This document shows, one piece after another, positions 24,736 through 36,800 of a stretch of DNA of 64,000 nucleotides. The stretch comes from the human T2T-CHM13v2.0 reference genome, Homo sapiens: the NCBI RefSeq assembly GCF_009914755.1, contig NC_060935.1; one strand, given 5' to 3'. Within the stretch, counting starts at the first letter, position 1, and every line of letters begins with the position of its first letter. Under the pieces are notes generated by a model. It made no database searches and had not been told where the DNA came from. It saw only the letters and a program-made list of their open reading frames with translations. A program made the position numbers and the translations under genes.

Positions 24736-27700
24736 AGCCTTTGGTCAGCTGTGCTTCCAATTCAAATGCCAGTTTTCTTCAAAGGATTGATCTCAGCACC
24801 TCTTATTTATTTTGAAGCAAAAGCTCCACATTTTCAAAACTGGGATTCCTGGTCTGCGAGGCAGGGGAGTCAGCTAGAGCCTGGTCATCACTGGCATTCT
24901 GAGCAGATAGCAGCCTCCTAGCCATAGCTCTGTTCTTGACCCGGTGGCCAGGCAGGGCAGTTTGCAAGCTCAGCTACAGACACATGCCCTCCACAGGCCT
25001 CCTTCCTCTTAGGCCCCACTGTTTTTCCACATAACTTTTCTGAGTCTGAGAGAAGAAAACTGGTTTTCTCTAAATCAAGAGTAGGGTCCTCATTTAGGAA
25101 AGCCAGAATTTTCTGTCTTACGTATCATATTACATCCTTGACCTGTGTGAGACCTCCTGTTGAGGTCAAAGTTGGGTGGACGACCCGCTTGACATCTCAG
25201 TGTGGAGCTGGATTGCCCTTCAATCCCTAATGCCCTCACTTTCTACCCAACTTAGCATTTCACTTGTAATTAGTTCCTATTAACTTTTTTTTTTTTATAT
25301 AGCTGAGTATGTCTGCGTGTGTACATGGGCTCATGCTTGCATGCCTGCTCTGCTTAGCTATGTTTAAACTGTTAGAAAGAAGAGACCATTCCTTTTTTAT
25401 GTGTCTTTTGGATGAGCTCAAAATCTAGGGGTATATAGAAGAACTTCAGATCACACTGCTGCCTGACCAATCCCTGGGGATCCTCTCTGCTGCCAAATGT
25501 GAAGGAACGCATTGTTAGACAGCAATACCCCCCATGCCGCCACCTCCTCCCTCCCTTCAGCGGCAAAGCAGAGCCCAAGAGCCTCCTGCAAAGAGAGAAA
25601 ACAGATTATATTTTGTAGTTTGTAAAGATCTCTGGGTCCACACGATCAATACATTTCTGGTCCCTGTGTGGGGAATTGTTAAGTCATTCTTTAGCACCAA
25701 GAATAGAGGGGCCAGTACTTCCTGGGGACTAACAGGACAACCATGACAGCCACTGAAGCTTTTCTTGTGTTCACCTCTGGAAACAGGAAAAGAACAGATT
25801 CTTCTCACCCTTCAGAGTGCAAAGGGTTCTGCATTTCTTGTCATAATTCCGGAGTCTATCTGAAGCCTTGTGTGAGAAAGTAGTGTGAACACGGTTGATG
25901 TTTGTGTCAAGATACAACCACAGTGGCTCAGGGACCCAGAAGTTGAGAATCCCAGCACAGGTCAGCCTGGTCTCAGCATTCTCATTCTGACATCCTCAAA
26001 ACAGACAGACACCCCCAACCAAAACCCAGCAATATCGACAACAAGAACACAAAACTAACAAAAACACCAGAACTACAGAGCTGTTTTTCTTTTCTTTTTT
26101 CTTTTTTTTTTTTTTTTTATAGCAGCTATTACATGAAAACCGTGTACTCTTTCCTTCTGCACCTATTTGTGCACGGTGCTGGATCGGGGCTTCTGAAGAG
26201 TCGGCCCTTACCCTGTAGGAGATTCAAGGCTGACTGACCTGAGAGAGAAGGACTTCTGCATTGCTGCTCAGGATTTTTGTTTTTATTTTTCTGTTAATTA
26301 TGAGCCCAGAAAAAGGGAATTTCGATTTTTCAGATATGACCAGGTCATAGGAAATGCAATTGAAGGGAAATATAATTGGAGGGAGATGTAGCCTCCTGAC
26401 TTTGAGGCCACACACCTCACATACCTGAGGACAAGAAACAAAAGAGCAAATCAGACACATCTGACAAAAGTGAGACGGATAGAGCATAAAGTATGTCTGA
26501 AAACAGCAACAACAAGAACACTTCCTCCAAGTGACCCCTGGAGGAAGACACCCCCAGGCGGCCCAGGCATGGAGACTGTGAGACTCACATCTACAGGGCA
26601 CACTTCCTAGGAGAAAGGCAAGGGCACATTCCCCCTTCATGCTATGGGGCTGGCCGCACCTGAGGAGGGAGCCACACCCTTTCATCCATGCCAGTCTCCT
26701 CCCTGGAAGAGAGGCTAGGCTGGGGCAGGGGTGCGGTTGTGAGGCTGAAGAGCAGCCAGGAGGAAACCCTTCTAGTGAGCAGAGGATCAGCTCCTCCAAC
26801 ACACACTGGCTCTGGGGTCTCTTGCAGGGGTTGTCAGTGAGAGGTGAGCGCCCTTGGCTGTGAGCTGGGAGTTATCAGCATGGCTGGAGATGAGATACAC
26901 ATTGCTCCATCACCCTCACCTGGGACCAGGTTTTGCCTATCTCAATGGCAGCGTGACTGGTGGGACGTGACACCTCTGGGGAAGAGGACCAATGCTGTGT
27001 TCAGCCATGGGTGCAGGGTGGGAAAACCTGATGGGGGAAAAGACAAAGCAAGGAGGGACATTTCAGTCTAGCTCAGTCATGAGGATGGCCACCAAGGTTT
27101 TTGCCGGTCAGACATGTCTCTGATTTGATGGAGGAGGAGCCACTTTCTAGGGAAAACTGATGTCTCATTTTTGAGAGTCTCCTTTGCTGGGTGGGGGGCC
27201 CTTCCAACAGTTTTTGATACACAAAGATCTGCAGCCTCCTGAGCAGGTGATTCTGAAAGATGCAGTGTCTCTCTCCCAGCTTTCCCACTGACCTTTACTG
27301 AATTTCAGACTTAGGCTATCCCAAAAGGCAGTCGGAAATTTGCTCAGTGGCATTTACCTAACTGAGGCCACTGGCAGCATGACACAGTTGGGTGACTTTA
27401 GGGTTTAGAGAGAAAATGCTGGCAGGGGACTGGGGAAGGGAGAAGGGTGAGGTGGGAGGGATGAGCTTCTCTTTCTCGTATTGCTATGCGTTGCTGAAAG
27501 GCAAGCTAATAGTTACCCAGCCAGGGTCAAGCAGCTGGAGAGGGAAGTTAGAGAAATTCACAGCCAGGGCCCTGAGAGCAGCCTGGGAGCACAGCTCTGT
27601 CCTGCAGCAGCAGAACCTTCCATGGCTGGTCCTCAGAGCCCTGTGAACCAGCCCACCCCTACGAGGATTTTCTTGCTCTGGAAATTCCTGAAATTGATTC

Positions 27701-27744
27701 CTAACAAAGTTGGGGGGAAAGGGGCTGGGCAAATGATTTTTTTG

Positions 27745-28075
27745 TATAGCAGGCACTGTGTTCACTGTGGGGAAAGAGAGAAACTGCCCCTGCCTTCACA
27801 GATCTTACCATGAAGTGGGGAGACAGGCGAAAACATGCAATTACACAAATAATGGCTTCCAATTGAGATCTGTACTTCCAAGGAGAGGTGCGTGCTCTGA
27901 GAGGGTTTATGGCGGCAAAGCCTAGATTGGGGCATCTGGAAGCTCCATGAGGATGAAAAGGAGGCAGCTAGGGAAGGGCCAGATAGAGAACTGCCTGTGA
28001 GCAAAAGGTGCCCAGGCCACCAGATGTGGGGCACACAGACACCTGCAGGGCCAGTGTGTCGAGAGCAGAGGCAGA
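27745..28075 (-). mobile_element. L2 fragment
   Basis: AGGCACTGTG...CCCTGCCTTCACAGATCTTAC...GGGGAGACAG antisense L2 3' region. Confidence 0.6.
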
Positions 28076-28494
28076 GGCGGAGCTTGCAGGGCTGGCTGGT
28101 GTCTCTTCTCTTTTGGCCTTATTTGCCTGCTTCTGGCAGTTTTCTTTTCATACTTACATGTCTTGCCTCCAGCCTTGTCTGGTTCTTCTTCTGCATAACT
28201 ATGCCTGCCTTGTAATAGGAACTTGATAAAGAGGACTTGATGAAATCTGAGCCCTGCAGCATGTCGGGGGTGGTGGAAAGGATGTCTTGGTGCCAGTGGG
28301 TTGGCTGACCTTGGTAAAGACAGATGCCTTGCTCCTTGGTTAAGGATTTTCCCTGTGGAGTCAGATACATGTCAGTTTGAATTGTAACCCTGTGACTTTG
28401 GTCGAGTAACTTAATCTCTCAAAGTCTCAGTCACACTGGTGGAAAAATACAGATAGTGCCTACCTTTATTTATTTGTAACATATGACGATGATT

Positions 28495-28695
28495 TTTTTT
28501 TATGCCAGACACCGTTCTGACTGCTTCACAGATATTAGCTCATTTAATCCTTAGAGTAACCCTGTGAAGCAGGTACCATTATTATCCTGATTTTATAAAT
28601 GAGAAAACTGAGGCCCTGAGAGATTATGACATGACTACTCTGTGTTAAAGTCAGGGTTCAGAATGATGGAATCTGGATCTTGAATCCGCAGTCTC
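28495..28695 (-). mobile_element. MIR SINE
   Basis: TATGCCAGACACCGTTCT...CTCATTTAATCCT...TTTTATAAATGAGAAAACTGAGGC. Confidence 0.85.
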
Positions 28696-30052
28696 AACTG
28701 CTTATATTTTTCTTATATTTTCACTCCGTGTGGGTTCTGGAATTGCTGGGATACCAAGTGTCTACAGTGACCAGGAGGGAAGGAAGTAAGATTTTTGGCC
28801 ACAGGGAGCCTTATCCTTCTTGGCATATCACTTAATATTTTCCTGTGTCTCCAGTCCCCCAGGCTCCGACTGCCTGGACCAGCAGCCCCTAATGATGGTC
28901 AGGCTGACAAGCTGCTGGCAGGACTGGCACAGGATGCCAAGAGCCCCCTCCTCCCCAGGAGGACCCCTTAGACAGCAGTGTCAGTAGAATGCTGGCTAAG
29001 CCCTGGCCACTCCTCACTGCTCATCTAACTACTCCGTCTACAGTTCTGATCCGGAATGTGAGGAACAAAGCCATATGTGAGCTTGATCAAGTGCTGAGTC
29101 TATTTCAGAAAAGACTGTGGAGAATGCATCAAAGCTGGTTGCTTATTGCACCATGATCCCTGAAGATTGGATCCAGTTCTGTGGAAGCTGGCAGAATAAT
29201 GGGCCCAGACTGACCAGTGAGCTCACTGAGGGATGTTACTAGTTGGTCCATTGCTCATCTGCCAGGTCAGAGACAGGTGGGAGGCAAGAGAACTAATTAA
29301 ATTGGCAGTGGACATTTTACCTCTAAAATGTAGGGCAAAAAAAATTGCAAACAGGCCTTTTATATAGAAGCTAATTATTAAAGGAAAGTAAAAATATTGG
29401 GGTGTTAAAGAAATATGTGACTGGTTTAGAAAATCCTCAACAGATATTTATCCCAAGGAGGGAGATTTACAAAGCCAAATTTGCTCTTAATCCTTAATCC
29501 ACAAAGCTGTGATCCCACAATTTCACCAGGAATAACTGACATGAATGCTAATTGGAACTCTCCCTTTTTCCCTTCCTCCTTTTTATGTTCTTGGACACCA
29601 GCATTCCGGCATTCTCTCTAAGTTTGGGAGTCCTGGTCTATTTCCCCCCTTAGACAGTGATGTTTGAGTACCACTACCCACCACTCTTTTGGCATTCATA
29701 GTGTAAATGGCACTTTATCAGTTGAAAATGTGAATCCTGTCAACAGCCCCCAGCTCTGCCATGCTTATCAGGGCAAGGAAGAGGGAGAGTGAGATTCAGA
29801 GAGATGTACTCCACCCTGTTCATTCCAGAAGAGTGATAGATAATAACATTTTCCGGCAAGAAACAGCAGGAAATCTAACAGACAGGAATTAAGGCACCAA
29901 ATGGGAAAGTCAATTGCTTATTCGCTCCAAGTTTTGTATTTGAAGGGAATGTTATTTGATTTGGGGATTCCCTCATTCTCCCTTTCTTTTTTCTAGGGGG
30001 CAAGTGGAATAGTAGAATCAATTATCTCTTCACAAACATATTTTCCAGGCTC

Positions 30053-30054
<2 letters not shown>

Positions 30055-30085
<31 letters not shown>
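30055..30085. repeat. (TG)n microsatellite
   Basis: Directly visible. Confidence 0.95.
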
Positions 30086-30089
<4 letters not shown>

Positions 30090-30409
30090 GCTCATTTAAC
30101 CTTTTAGTAATGTTTCACAAACATATATTTCTCAATTATGTCAAAGCTCCCCATAAGTAAAAGAAGGAATCCCTGGATTTTTTTTTCTCATGGTGTCTCT
30201 TGTCACTCTAAAATGGACCTAAACTAAGAGGTAGAATAACAATAATGAAACAACAACAACAAAATACTGCTTTTGTAGTGCTACCCATCTTGTTTGTACA
30301 GTGTTTGATAGCTTTCCACTGCATTTTCCTTGCATTTCATCAACCTCACTAGTTGCTGTGGTATACCGATCACAACAAAAATGATGAGCATCTCAGCCCT
30401 GGGCATGCA

Positions 30410-30690
30410 TGATTCAGCATAATGCTTGCAATGGCCTTATCAGGGGGTAGCTGTCATTGTCCTCCTTTACCAATGAAGACACAGGCTTAGAGAGATTGAG
30501 TAATGTGTCCAAGGTCACCCACCTGACAAGTGATGGAGATGAGATTTGATCCGAGGCTTACCCGATGCCAGGGCCTGACCAGGTAAAATGGTCATTCTTT
30601 CGGTGACAGAATTGAGGCAGAGGACTTGTGAGGTCACCCATAGATGAAGAACGGATCCAGGCACAGAACTCTGGTCTTGTTAATTCTCAC
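30410..30690 (-). mobile_element. Two adjacent MIR fragments
   Basis: CCTTTACCAATGAAGACACAGGCTTAGAGAG...CCAAGGTCAC and GAATTGAGGCAGAGGACTTGTGAGGTCAC. Confidence 0.65.
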
Positions 30691-31168
30691 AGCTGCTCTT
30701 CTTACCTCACCAAGGCTAGGAGAAAAGAGCATCTAGTCACCAAACAAACTCATGCTACAGAGACTCTCTAGTCTCTTTCATAATGCAAAGGAAAAGAATT
30801 CTGAAATTCTATACCAAGCTGTTAGGTGTTTTCCTTGGATTGGGGAATGTAGAGGGATTAATGAGGACAGGAGGCAGACCTTATCAGGGTGAAATAACAT
30901 GAAAAAATGAGGATGAACTACTCTTTCTTCATCTACTACCCAACCTCTCAAATAAATTTCTTGCAAAATTAAGTGAATTCTTGCTTCAAATACTCAAATA
31001 GAGGATTTATCTTGTTTGTTCCATCTTGTGTGATGAATCCAGGTGTTTTCTAAAGCAGAAGGCACTTAATGTAGGTTCTTTATTTTTTTGTGCTGATTAC
31101 CCTAATTGGTGGGTTTCCTTCCAGGATCAGCAGCCAATTCTCCACTAGAGTAGTATCACTGGACCTTA

Positions 31169-31515
<347 letters not shown>

Positions 31516-32903
31516 TCAAAATATTGTTTCCACAGTGCAGTTTTAGCCTGCTGTCTCAAAAGGGCCTGAGATTTGCTATATAGCCAAGCTGTGTGGACTC
31601 CACAGGAGACTCAGGATTAGCACCTTAGAGTCTTGACTGGGTTTTCTTCTTTAAACGAAGCTGTAGATTTAGCTATAATGCCATTTGTCTGCGCTTACTA
31701 CTGGATGGGCACAGTGGATTCTGATTCGTAGTCCTATTCAGTGAAAATAGCCAAATCATTGTGAATACACTTTAATGTGAAATCCTTCTTCTGAAGAGCC
31801 CAGAGCAAATTCCCATGTTAGGGAGAGGCAGATGGATGGAGGCAGAGTTAGCTCTCAATGAGTTAAAGGAATGTCAGCATCTTCTTGACTATACTGGTAG
31901 CTGGTAGAATAGAGTGTATTCCATATTGTAAATATAGAATACAGTCAATCTAGACCCAAAGAAAGAGAAAGGAGGGGCAGCAGGGGATATACTAACTTAT
32001 GAACTTGAGATTTATAAGCATTATCAATCTTGAATTGAAAAAGTGAATCTCTTGAGGGAGTACTGGTGGCATTCCAAAAGCTAACCCAAGTATCCATCTA
32101 GTTTATAGCAAATCTAGGCACATAATTCCCTTAGATGATGGAATTGAGATGGAGGACATGGAAAATGATCAGACACCCTTCCTGCCTGGAGTGTAGCTCA
32201 GAATGAATTATCTGTGGTTAAGGGAGGGGTCAAGGGAGGAAACGGTGGTACTGGTGAGGCATTCCAAGGGCTTGGTGTGAGGTTGCAGTAGGAAGTGGAT
32301 TCCAGCTTTTGAAAACCACTGTTACATCTACATTGCCAGCAGAAAGCTGAATGCCTACATGGCATTGGAATGGAGTGAGGCAGATTGCAAAGGATGGGGC
32401 TGGCCTTGAGGTTGGATCATATGTGGCTGTTTCTTTGACTGTCAATCTTCATTCTTAAATCTTCTCACTTGAACACCTTTTATTGGCACTAAATTTGTTT
32501 TAGGATAATGAACGCAGCTGTTCCAATTATGGTGCTCACCCCACTCACCTCCATGTTTCACCTCTCAAAGACACTGCCTCTCCCTTGGGACTAGCCCTGA
32601 GCATGGTGAGGCCGGCATGCCCAGGGCTGAGGCTGGCACTTGGAGAGCCCTAGCGTCAGAGGGGTTAACACATTATCTGGGCATACTCAAATAGTATGAG
32701 CCCATCAAATAAACAAACACACCAACTTGCAAATGAATAGAAACATGTTTATTAGAGTAGAGGAAAAACAGCTTTTTGGCACATTAACCCTGTGGCATCA
32801 GGAGTGGCAGCTGCAGCCTGGGACGACAGGCAGGGAGGAGGAGACAGTAAACGTGCATTTTGAAAGTGCTTAACATCAGGAGAGGGTATTTCCAAGCAAA
32901 GAG

Positions 32904-32981
32904 GTGTGTGTGCGTGTGCATGTGTGTGTGAGAGAGAGAGAGAGCGAGAGTGAGAGAGAGAGACAGAGAGAGAGAGAGAGA
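32904..32981. repeat. (GT)n(GA)n compound microsatellite
   Basis: Directly visible. Confidence 0.9.
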
Positions 32982-33004
32982 ACCATCAAAGCAGTACAAA
33001 GGCC

Positions 33005-33230
33005 AGGAGGCAGTGGTAGTGTGCACATAAGACCTAGGAGGATGTGGGTTTGAATCCCGTCTCTTTCAGGAATTGGGTGGCCTTGGGCCCTGTGCCTCTC
33101 TGAGCTTCTGTCTCCACACAGTTCTCTTATAATCTGTCCTTGGCAGGCTTGTAAGTGAAGATCATATGAGATGACCTGTTTTAAGCATCTAGCACAGAAC
33201 TCGGCACTCAGAAGCTGCTGGATAAATGCC
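33005..33230 (+). mobile_element. MIR SINE
   Basis: GGGTTTGAATCCCG...CCTTGGGC...CCTCTCTGAGCTTCTG...AGCACAGAACTCGGCAC. Confidence 0.7.
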
Positions 33231-33739
33231 ACTCCTCACTGTAGTTCTACGTTAGAATATTCCAAGTTTTCCATGGTTCCTGAGGAGGAAGGCAGCTGTG
33301 TGTTCAGGTAGAAAAGTATGAGGTGTGGGACAGTGGGAAATTCTCATGAGCAGGTTTCAATTGAGGAATAATTCATTTTTGCAGTAGGCAGATTAATTGG
33401 AAATGATAAACTCCTCCCATTGTAAAATTAAGAATTAAAAGTGTTTATTTTTATTCAGTAAATACCAAACCATGACTGTAGTATACTTGTATTCCAAACT
33501 TTGATGATTTAAAAAGGGAAGAGAGAAGGAGGGTGAAGGGAGGAGAGAGAGAGAATGGCTATGAGAAAGAGAGCAAGACTACATTCTGAGTTCCTACACG
33601 TCATCCCCTATCCCCAAAATAGCAGCTCCACTTGTATACATTGATAAATTTTCAATGTAGCAGTTCATTGGCAGAGAGATGTCCAATACCTAAAAATAGC
33701 TTGATAGCTCCTAGCATAGATCATCTGCCATATCACCTG

Positions 33740-33880
33740 ATATTTCATCTTCCCCACTAAAATGTAAGCTCCCTGAAGGCAGAGATTAATAATGCATATA
33801 GGAGGTAATCTTTGATATTTAGGATGAGGCAATGAATACATGAATGAATACGTCAATGAATGAATTAATCAATGAATGGA
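33740..33880 (+). mobile_element. L2 3' end with (AATG)n tail
   Basis: CCCCACTAAAATGTAAGCTCCCTGAAGGCAGAG ... AATGAATACATGAATGAAT. Confidence 0.7.
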
Positions 33881-36800
33881 GAGACAAGGAGAATCAGACT
33901 CTCTTGGACTCAGGGAATCTTATATCTTTGAACACTAAAATTATGCTTCTGTCTTTTCTTGCTCTTCTCAACCCACCTTGCCTGACAGTTTGTTACATTG
34001 TCAAACTCTGTCATTTCTTCATTTAGCCTGCCCCTATTTCACTGTTAGCCAAATTCTTACACCCACAGAGATGATCCTCAACCTTTGTATGTTCAACTCT
34101 TGCACAGTCCACAAATCCCCCAGTGCACTCCACGGAAACCACTTTGCAAATGCCAAGCCTAGCCTTGTGTGTCGCCTTGATGAATGAGTCACCACCAGCT
34201 GTGCTGCCCACCAGACAGCTTCTTGGTTCCAGGGGCGCCGCCTGCTTTGTCGTATAGCAGTGTTAGTACGATTGTTTGAATACTTCACTGCATTCTTCCC
34301 CCACAGAAAAATGAAAGTGCTGATACCAGTGATAAAAAACATAGGTTTCATAAACTTAACACAATTGAGGCAAAGATGGAAATCATTTGGCGTGCAAAAA
34401 AGAGCAAATGTTTAGCCTCAATCGGGTGCTTATCATACTTGAGCTATCTGATTGTGTGCTCAGCTGTAAAGGAAAAGAAAAAAGAAAAGAAAGAGAACAG
34501 ACACAATGCAGTAAATATTGTCAGAGATTAAGTCTAAAATATACGGTGTATTTTGGATTTTTTTTTTTTAGGTTTCTAGAAATGCAGATATAAATCTAGT
34601 TCGTTTTCACTCTCAGGCATGTTTTAGCAATGTGATGTGGTAGTGCAAAAACTTCTTCCCTGATTTTCTTGTCCTACTTTGTCAAACAGATTCAGCTGTG
34701 TGTTTATATTTTCAAGAATTGTAGTAATGTCCTTTCAGTTGCCTAGTTTTTAAGAAAACATCTTTGAAAATAAATACTTGCAATTTTTCCTACTCCTCCC
34801 AACATGAGTGTCCACCACGAGTCCCCTTTCGCCAAACACTTCATGTTCCTCTGAGCTGTGCTGCCCCTTCCTTTCCTCTGTACTTCTGCATCCTTAGTGT
34901 TTTCTCTTGAATCCTGTCTTCTCCTTCATGGTCTCTGGAGGGGACACTGCAGATGCTTAATTTGTGAGGGGAATCACACAAACATAGTAGACCCTAAAGA
35001 AACATCTTAGTTGGATTTTGAAGTGGGCCTAGACTCCGCGTGTTTTTTTCTCAACATCTTTCTTTCCCTTACTCAAAATATCCTGCAGCTGGGGACTTCT
35101 CTCACTGGCGCTGTTGGTTGTTTTTTGGTTTGTTTGTGCCTCATCAGCTTCCTCTACCTCATTTTGTGATCATTTTGACCTAAGACCATTGCCCAGTGGC
35201 TTCTCATTTCCAAGATCTCTACTTGGGTCCTTTTTCACAAGTCTGTGCTTGTCTCATAACTCCTAGCCTTGTTCATGACTGAAATATTTTTTTATCTCTC
35301 TGTGGACATGAAACCTACATATACAGTCCTATTCTCCTTTCCCTGTTAGCTCTGATCCCTCTGATTTGAGTTGTTCTGTCTGTTGAGCCTCTTTTATTTT
35401 GTTTCTTTATTTGATGTTCATGGTGGCGTTCTTTGTGAAATGTTTGGTGATTCTGGATTGAACCCATCTCTGTAACGCTGAATGACCATTTGTCTGCTTG
35501 TTGCCTGTCCTTGCATTCTGATGGAGGAAGTGGGCGGGAGGTGCTGCTGCTGGAATGTGTGCTGGTTTCGGTAAAAATGGGGAAGGCGTGGAATGTGCTA
35601 TGGGGCAGTGCTCTGGTCCTGGCTGTGGTGAGTCCTTGATCCTCCCAATGTCACCTGCCTTGAGAACTCTGCCCTGCGAAGCGGATTAAGTCTCCTTCCT
35701 AGCCTTAAGCCATGCACTCCATGTCTTTCTGTTTGGTGTAGAGATTTAGCCTTTCTGACTTCTCCCACTGCAATGAGATGACTAATGCTGTGTTGCTTCC
35801 AACCATCTCGAGACTTTCATCCCCCTCTTGACATGGGCACTTGCCATGGTTGGTTCTCTCTGCTTGCTATCTTTCAGGGATTATTCAAGTTCCTATTCTT
35901 AGTATGTTTCTCTTCCCTTATTTTGTGTGGGTTTGGCTGGGGCAGGGAGTTCAGAAAGGAAGAGAAGATTTTATTTAGCAAGCCACCTAAAACAGGAAGT
36001 TGCCTTCTTCGCTGAGTCTGAGACATACTGACTTCCAGAACATCACGAAACCAATAGGATCACAGCCCAGGGCCTGAATCCTCTTGTTTGAACCTTGTTG
36101 TAGATGCACAACCTGTGCATTTCAAACGTAGGAAGCAGGGTGCACAGTGGGTACTTGCTCTATATTGAATGAAATTAAGCCAATGTTTCCCACAATGTGT
36201 GTGATAGATATTGTGAAAATGTGAAGTAGAGGAGGAGTGAGAGGGAATTCAGTGTGCTGGTGGTATCAAGCGTGCAAACTCTGTTTAAGAACTCCTTTCA
36301 CAAAAGTTTTAAGATTATCCTTTCTAGCTTAAAAAACCAATATAGACAGAAAAGAAACCCCACTCTGGTGCTTTCTCCCTTCTTCCATTCCTGCCTTGAC
36401 CATCCCTTCTTCCTCATAGCCTAGAAGCAGCCTCTGGGCCTCCACCTTCCCTTTTGGTTGTCCCCTCACCCTAGTCTAACACTTGCCTCTTTGTAGAGAG
36501 GAGCTTGTCGGACACATGGGATTCACGGGCCAGGTGGTTCAGCAGCCCAACAACCTGGATCCTCCTCACCCTCCTCTCCTCATGGCCAGCCCAGCTCAGG
36601 GCCGCCTCTGAGAGTCTGGCCTCCACAAAGGAAGATGAAATGTAGAGACGCATTTGCTGCCTCCAAGTAACAGTGCTTCAGGTGTTTACCTTTCCTCAAG
36701 TCATAGAACTAGAGAGCAGGGCGAGGCCTTAGGGACTGTCTGTTGACCGATTGACACATTCTTTGTATTTTGAAATGAAGAAACTGACCCTAAACCCGTC

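Noticed and set aside
26224-26802. 192-aa Cys-rich ORF
   Set aside because: Non-ATG start, no recognisable domain or splice support; consistent with chance
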